A stretch of 54,543 nucleotides of DNA from an uncultured Flavobacteriales bacterium (GTDB taxonomy: Bacteria; Bacteroidota; Bacteroidia; AKYH767-A; 2013-40CM-41-45). The stretch spans positions 1-54,543 of the forward strand of contig CAYHHK010000009.1 of the NCBI GenBank assembly GCA_964356415.1. The letters are read 5' to 3'. The notes under the pieces are model-generated. The model saw only the letters and a list, made by a program, of their open reading frames with translations. It was not told the DNA's origin and ran no database searches. Within the stretch, counting starts at the first letter, position 1. Each line of letters starts with the position of its first letter. The translations under genes and the position numbers were made by a program. Below are positions 51,321 through 54,543 of the stretch, in pieces.

Positions 51321-51983
51321 TTAGAATATAAAGATGAAGTTAACATTTGCCAGTGGTTTCTTATCCACCCATAATGCCCCCGCTTGTAATGCCCACGCCT
51401 GTTTATGTAAATATAATCCCCCAACATTGAAGCCGGTAATAGATTTCAAATCCTGGGAAAGCACACCGCCATAAATTCCGAATTTGCTTTTGAGTTTCAG
51501 TGGTACATCCCGGTAAACAGTGTCGTGAATAGTTTTGGTTTTGGTTACAATCTTTTCAGCACCGATAACTTCAGGGAATCGTATCCAATCAATTACACTG
51601 ACTCCGAATTCCGTGGTGGTTTGCGCTTCCCAGTGAATCTTGTACCCGGCACCGCTGTACATTTCTGAATAATACTGCCCGGTAATTTCCGGTGTTTTAG
51701 CAGTGTCGGGTTTAACAGCAGGTGGTTCATTGTAAACAACGTGTTTTGGAACTGGTTTATACTTGACAGAATCTTTACTGATTACCGGAACATACACGGT
51801 GGTTATCAGTGGTTGAGCATGTTCACAGGCATAATTCCTTTCTACCAAAAGTTTATTCTCCTTCTTGTAGGAATCGATAAATGTCGAAAACATGAAGTGG
51901 GTTCCGGCGATAATGAACAGGAGTAAAATATTTACCCCTATTAGCAATTTGTTTAGTAAACTCATCTGTTGTACTTGCGTCAT
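51321..51983 (-). CDS. Membrane-anchored protein with a beta-rich C-terminus ending in Phe
   Basis: The N-terminal transmembrane segment is LLNKLLIGVNILLLFIIAGTHFMF. The C-terminus has alternating hydrophobic residues, GFNVGGLYLHKQAWALQAGALWVDKKPLANVNFIFIF, and ends in a terminal aromatic residue. Confidence 0.7.
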   Translation of the reverse strand: MTQVQQMSLLNKLLIGVNILLLFIIAGTHFMFSTFIDSYKKENKLLVERNYACEHAQPLITTVYVPVISKDSVKYKPVPKHVVYNEPPAVKPDTAKTPEITGQYYSEMYSGAGYKIHWEAQTTTEFGVSVIDWIRFPEVIGAEKIVTKTKTIHDTVYRDVPLKLKSKFGIYGGVLSQDLKSITGFNVGGLYLHKQAWALQAGALWVDKKPLANVNFIFIF

Positions 51984-51988
51984 ATTAG

Positions 51989-52870
51989 TTATGTTATGAA
52001 AACTGGATTGAATTTTATGATCTCTTTTTTATCGTGGGAAAAAGAGAACATGTAATGACCAACTGGCCTGGGAAACTTGTTAGTTCGGTGCCACCAGTTA
52101 CTGCGTGTGGGGTCTTCCCACTCTGCTTTGTACGATGGTAGCTGAAGAAACCATTTTAATCGCCACGAAATTCTTGCCTGATCCGACAACTGTTCAATGT
52201 TGATTGGAATCATGTAAGCATCGTGGTTGTGTTCGGTGATAATAATGTCTGCATCAGGATATTTCCCGGCAAGAATATCAGCACTTAAAACTCCTTTGGA
52301 GCGTAGCCCCATTGATCCTGAAGAGTGGCTGTGCATGATGTTGTAGGACACATAATTTCCGGGTCTGCCACCAACGGTGTAAACACGCTTAAACAAAATC
52401 TTAATCCAGTTAACATAAGCACCATCCATAATCCGATGGTCACTGGTGATGGAGGAATTCAGTTTATCAATAGCCAGGGCTGTGAGGTCAATTCCCATGC
52501 GTTCAAGCATGGCAGTTTCGTGATTACCACGAAAGATGAATAGAATCCGTTCCTTGTAAGGTTCGAAAAACTCTACAAAATCTTCAATGATCGCGTTAAT
52601 GTAATCATTGCGCTGGCTGTACTGCGCAGCTAAATCGCTTTTATTCGCTCTTGGATCATTTTTAGACTGCATTAAATCGAAACAGTCAGAGCCAAGAACA
52701 ATATAGGCATCCTGTTTCACAGCATCATCAAGATGCTTCTTCAAGATGTCGCGTTTACAGTAAGGGGAGTCGAAATGTAAATCAGAAAACCAGGCAATCT
52801 TAAAGGTGCTGGTCTTGGTATAATCAACTCGAATGATAAAACTTGCGGATGATGTCCGTTCTATTTGCAT
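51989..52870 (-). CDS. Calcineurin-like metallophosphoesterase
   Basis: AWFSDLHFD (DxH), LGSDCFD (GDxxD-like) and FRGNHE (GNHE) are present, together with the downstream His clusters MHSHSS and ITEHNHD. Confidence 0.75.
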   Translation of the reverse strand: MQIERTSSASFIIRVDYTKTSTFKIAWFSDLHFDSPYCKRDILKKHLDDAVKQDAYIVLGSDCFDLMQSKNDPRANKSDLAAQYSQRNDYINAIIEDFVEFFEPYKERILFIFRGNHETAMLERMGIDLTALAIDKLNSSITSDHRIMDGAYVNWIKILFKRVYTVGGRPGNYVSYNIMHSHSSGSMGLRSKGVLSADILAGKYPDADIIITEHNHDAYMIPINIEQLSDQARISWRLKWFLQLPSYKAEWEDPTRSNWWHRTNKFPRPVGHYMFSFSHDKKEIIKFNPVFIT

Positions 52871-52902
52871 CTGGTAGTATTAGTGAGTATCTGGTAGTTA
52901 GG

Positions 52903-53301
52903 TTAGATACATCGGCTAATATGCTGGTGGGTGCTGCATAGTTTGTCAATGGTTGCTTTTAAAACTGCAATGTTTGAGAATGTATCGAGTAAAGGTTTTT
53001 GTACGTAAGCGTCTGCTGGCCCTGAAGCGTAATGACAACAACTCTTTTCGCAGGTGATTGCAATTACCGGAATACCGTACTGGTGTGCTTGCTGAACCAA
53101 ATCTACCCAGATAGGTTCAAGAGATTTTATATCCACAAACAGCAGTGTGATTCCGATTTGACTGACCAATAATTCAGACGCCTTTGAACAGGTGGCGACT
53201 GTTATTGTGGTTGTGTTTAATTTTTTGCATATATCAGATGCTACGCTAATCTGAAAGTCCGGGTCTGAAGAAACAAGTAGGATACGTTGTGGTTGCGCCA
53301 T
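52903..53301 (-). CDS. Stand-alone CheY-like receiver (REC) domain protein
   Basis: RILLVSSDPD...ITLLFVDIKSLEP...IPVIAITCE...AYVQKP aligns by eye with CheY. The acceptor Asp (VD), the Thr (AIT) and the Lys (QKP) are retained. The N-terminal acidic pair is partly degenerate (SSD). Confidence 0.6.
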   Translation of the reverse strand: MAQPQRILLVSSDPDFQISVASDICKKLNTTTITVATCSKASELLVSQIGITLLFVDIKSLEPIWVDLVQQAHQYGIPVIAITCEKSCCHYASGPADAYVQKPLLDTFSNIAVLKATIDKLCSTHQHISRCI

Positions 53302-53303
53302 AT

Positions 53304-53573
53304 TTATTGTGGATAGGTGTCAAGACGCCGTTCAATCCTATCTGTCCGTTTATCAATCTGTTGCAAGTAGGTGTTCATACTTTTCAACGCTTCAATTATA
53401 ACCTCTTTATCCGCCTTCTCTTGTTCAAGTTGTGCTATGCGCGCAGTGTTTTGCGACATTGTTTCCTTTAAACTACCTGCCATGAAAATGAAGGTGATTA
53501 AGATTATCAAACCTTCTGTTGCCAGGAAGGTAAGAACGTTATTTTTGAATTTTTTGAAGTCGAGATCAGACAT
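53304..53573 (-). CDS. Type II membrane protein with coiled coil (Rz/i-spanin-like candidate)
   Basis: The N-terminal transmembrane segment is LTFLATEGLIILITFIFMAG. It is followed by the heptad-like stretch ARIAQLEQEKADKEVIIEALKSMNTYLQQIDKRTDRIERRL. The gene is adjacent to the holin and endolysin genes. Confidence 0.5.
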   Translation of the reverse strand: MSDLDFKKFKNNVLTFLATEGLIILITFIFMAGSLKETMSQNTARIAQLEQEKADKEVIIEALKSMNTYLQQIDKRTDRIERRLDTYPQ

Positions 53574-53602
53574 GGGAGTAGTGTAACGTAGTCAAGTATT
53601 TA

Positions 53603-53634
53603 CAAAGTTACATAATAAACAGTAGGCATGTCAA
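53603..53634 (-). promoter_or_regulatory. Candidate promoter (TTGACA-N18-TAACTTTG) on the minus strand
   Basis: The minus strand reads TTGACAtgcctactgtttattatgTAACTTTGTAAAT. It shares TTGACA and the CTTTGTAAA box with the promoter at 45167-45197. It lies in a 175-nt AT-rich gap. Confidence 0.45.
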
Positions 53635-53748
53635 GGGTATAAACAAATTAATTATATAATCCATCTATATACCACATTATAAACACTATGAATATTTATT
53701 TTACGGAAATCCGCAGTCTAAAATTTTCATTGGTCGTAACACGGAGTG

Positions 53749-54042
53749 TTATGCTGGTGATTGAGGTTTTATTAAACCGTTGTCTGAAAGCGATTTAAAA
53801 AATTCACTTGTGACGTATCCACCAAAAGTGATGATTGCTCCAAGGTTGCCCCAGAACATCATCATGTTCACCTGGTCTGCAGGTCTTCCAAAATACACAA
53901 TGATCTGAAAGTTAAAGAGCATCAGCAGGTTTAACAGCACCACTCGTTTACTCGATGCCTGGTTTCCCTGGTCTGCAAGTATCCCGGACATGTATGCCCA
54001 GAAGTTACACCAGCCTTTTGCGAAAGTTAATTTAGTTTCCAT
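53749..54042 (-). CDS. Holin-like small membrane protein (97 aa)
   Basis: It has two to three hydrophobic segments, including VVLLNLLMLFNFQIIVYF and MMMFWGNLGAIITFGGYV. It lies immediately downstream of the endolysin gene. Confidence 0.55.
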   Translation of the reverse strand: METKLTFAKGWCNFWAYMSGILADQGNQASSKRVVLLNLLMLFNFQIIVYFGRPADQVNMMMFWGNLGAIITFGGYVTSEFFKSLSDNGLIKPQSPA

Positions 54043-54055
54043 GATTTGATTTGTG

Positions 54056-54388
54056 TTAGTATTTCATTTCTAAATGTTGCGCGTCCCAGCCCCAATCATA
54101 TCCGGAGATATTTTTGGGGTGAAGGGACTTCCAATATTCAGACATTTTTCTGTAAGATTCTTTGCCAGTGGCATAAGTACCGTCAACAAAAAGATTGATA
54201 TCAGCAGCAAGTTTTTTCAAATGTCCGCTGTTCATGGTCTTGCTTTTACCGTTCTTCAGATAAATTGCCTGTTGTTCCGTGGTGCGCAACACTTCTCCGA
54301 GTGTACATTCCATTCCCTGCTCATAAATCCAAAGGATTAGTTTGGCAAGATTCAGACTGAAAATTCGTTGAGATTGGGAAAGTGTCAT
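54056..54388 (-). CDS. Peptidase M15 family endolysin (L-alanyl-D-glutamate / D-Ala-D-Ala peptidase type)
   Basis: FSLNLAKLILWIYEQGMECTLGEVLRTTEQQ, NSGHLKKLAADINL (SxHxxxxAxD) and GWDAQHLE (D..H) match the VanY/M15 zinc-ligand pattern. Confidence 0.8.
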   Translation of the reverse strand: MTLSQSQRIFSLNLAKLILWIYEQGMECTLGEVLRTTEQQAIYLKNGKSKTMNSGHLKKLAADINLFVDGTYATGKESYRKMSEYWKSLHPKNISGYDWGWDAQHLEMKY

Positions 54389-54389
54389 G

Positions 54390-54542
54390 TTAGTTCTTTA
54401 TGCATCTAACGGATAACTTACTTGCCTTGGCACCTTCTTTCCAAGCCCCGTATTCACCGAGGTTTACTTTAAAGAAACTTGCCACTCTCATCCATGCACC
54501 TTCACCGTTGTACATTGAGGTGGAAGTCCAGAAATAGCCTGC
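54390..54542 (-). CDS. C-terminal fragment of a protein ending in a DUF1566/FISUMP-like domain (5' end outside the window)
   Basis: The hand translation is AGYFWTSTSMYNGEGAWMRVASFFKVNLGEYGAWKEGAKASKLSVRCIKN*. The pattern yWtSt....aw.v.f..g.......k....svRC(v/i)k is typical of these lectin-like domains. Confidence 0.5.
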   Translation of the reverse strand, partial: AGYFWTSTSMYNGEGAWMRVASFFKVNLGEYGAWKEGAKASKLSVRCIKN

Positions 54543-54543
54543 T

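Noticed and set aside
52869-52898. The 10-nt direct repeat ATCTGGTAGT (two copies) between the REC and phosphatase genes could be a regulatory element.
   Set aside because: There are only two short copies and no further instances were seen in the window. It is mentioned under the REC/phosphatase finding but is not called as a feature.
53574-53748. The largest non-coding gaps (this one, 45114-45232 and 11550-11719) could hold tRNA or other small RNA genes. I also looked for CRISPR-like repeats anywhere in the window.
   Set aside because: No cloverleaf-compatible sequence was seen: there is no GTTCGAATC-like T-arm and no matching acceptor stems. No regularly spaced direct repeats were seen either.

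Overview
This window looks like part of a large double-stranded DNA phage genome with two convergent gene blocks that meet at a bidirectional terminator near 20.6 kb. All calls below were made by eye from motifs; no database search was run. Start codons lack Shine-Dalgarno sequences and two TAnnTTTG-type promoters are present, so the host is probably a Bacteroidota species. The overall layout resembles crAss-like phages.

Plus strand (1-20.6 kb), replication and recombination genes:
- A family A DNA polymerase is split inside motif A by a group I intron carrying a LAGLIDADG homing endonuclease.
- A free-standing HNH-AP2 endonuclease sits just downstream of it.
- The block also encodes an SF2 helicase, a DnaB-like helicase, a candidate SSB, a Toprim primase and a RecE-like PD-(D/E)XK exonuclease.
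- A Sak4/AAA_24-like ATPase is split by a second group I intron carrying a GIY-YIG endonuclease.

The most unusual feature lies inside this block, at about 11.7-17.3 kb. It is an apparent phage-encoded ubiquitin-like conjugation module with these parts:
- a 76-residue beta-grasp-like domain ending in Gly-Gly, followed by an acidic extension;
- a 709-aa protein with a possible E2-like Cys loop;
- a JAB/JAMM peptidase;
- a ThiF/E1-like adenylyltransferase;
- a translationally coupled gene of unknown function.

Minus strand (54.5 to 20.6 kb), lysis and virion genes:
- It begins with an M15 endolysin, a holin-like protein and an Rz-like protein.
- A stand-alone CheY-like receiver domain sits next to a metallophosphatase.
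- Several large structural or cargo proteins follow.
- A 5181-aa ORF has a mid-region resembling the RNA polymerase beta-prime double-psi beta-barrel (RxP...DFDID). Its C-terminal part carries a zincin HExxH peptidase, a NADAR domain, an ASCH-like domain and a RecD-like helicase.
- The last gene in this block encodes a 1473-aa protein with membrane segments.

No tRNA, rRNA or CRISPR array was seen, and no stop-codon recoding is needed to read the ORFs.
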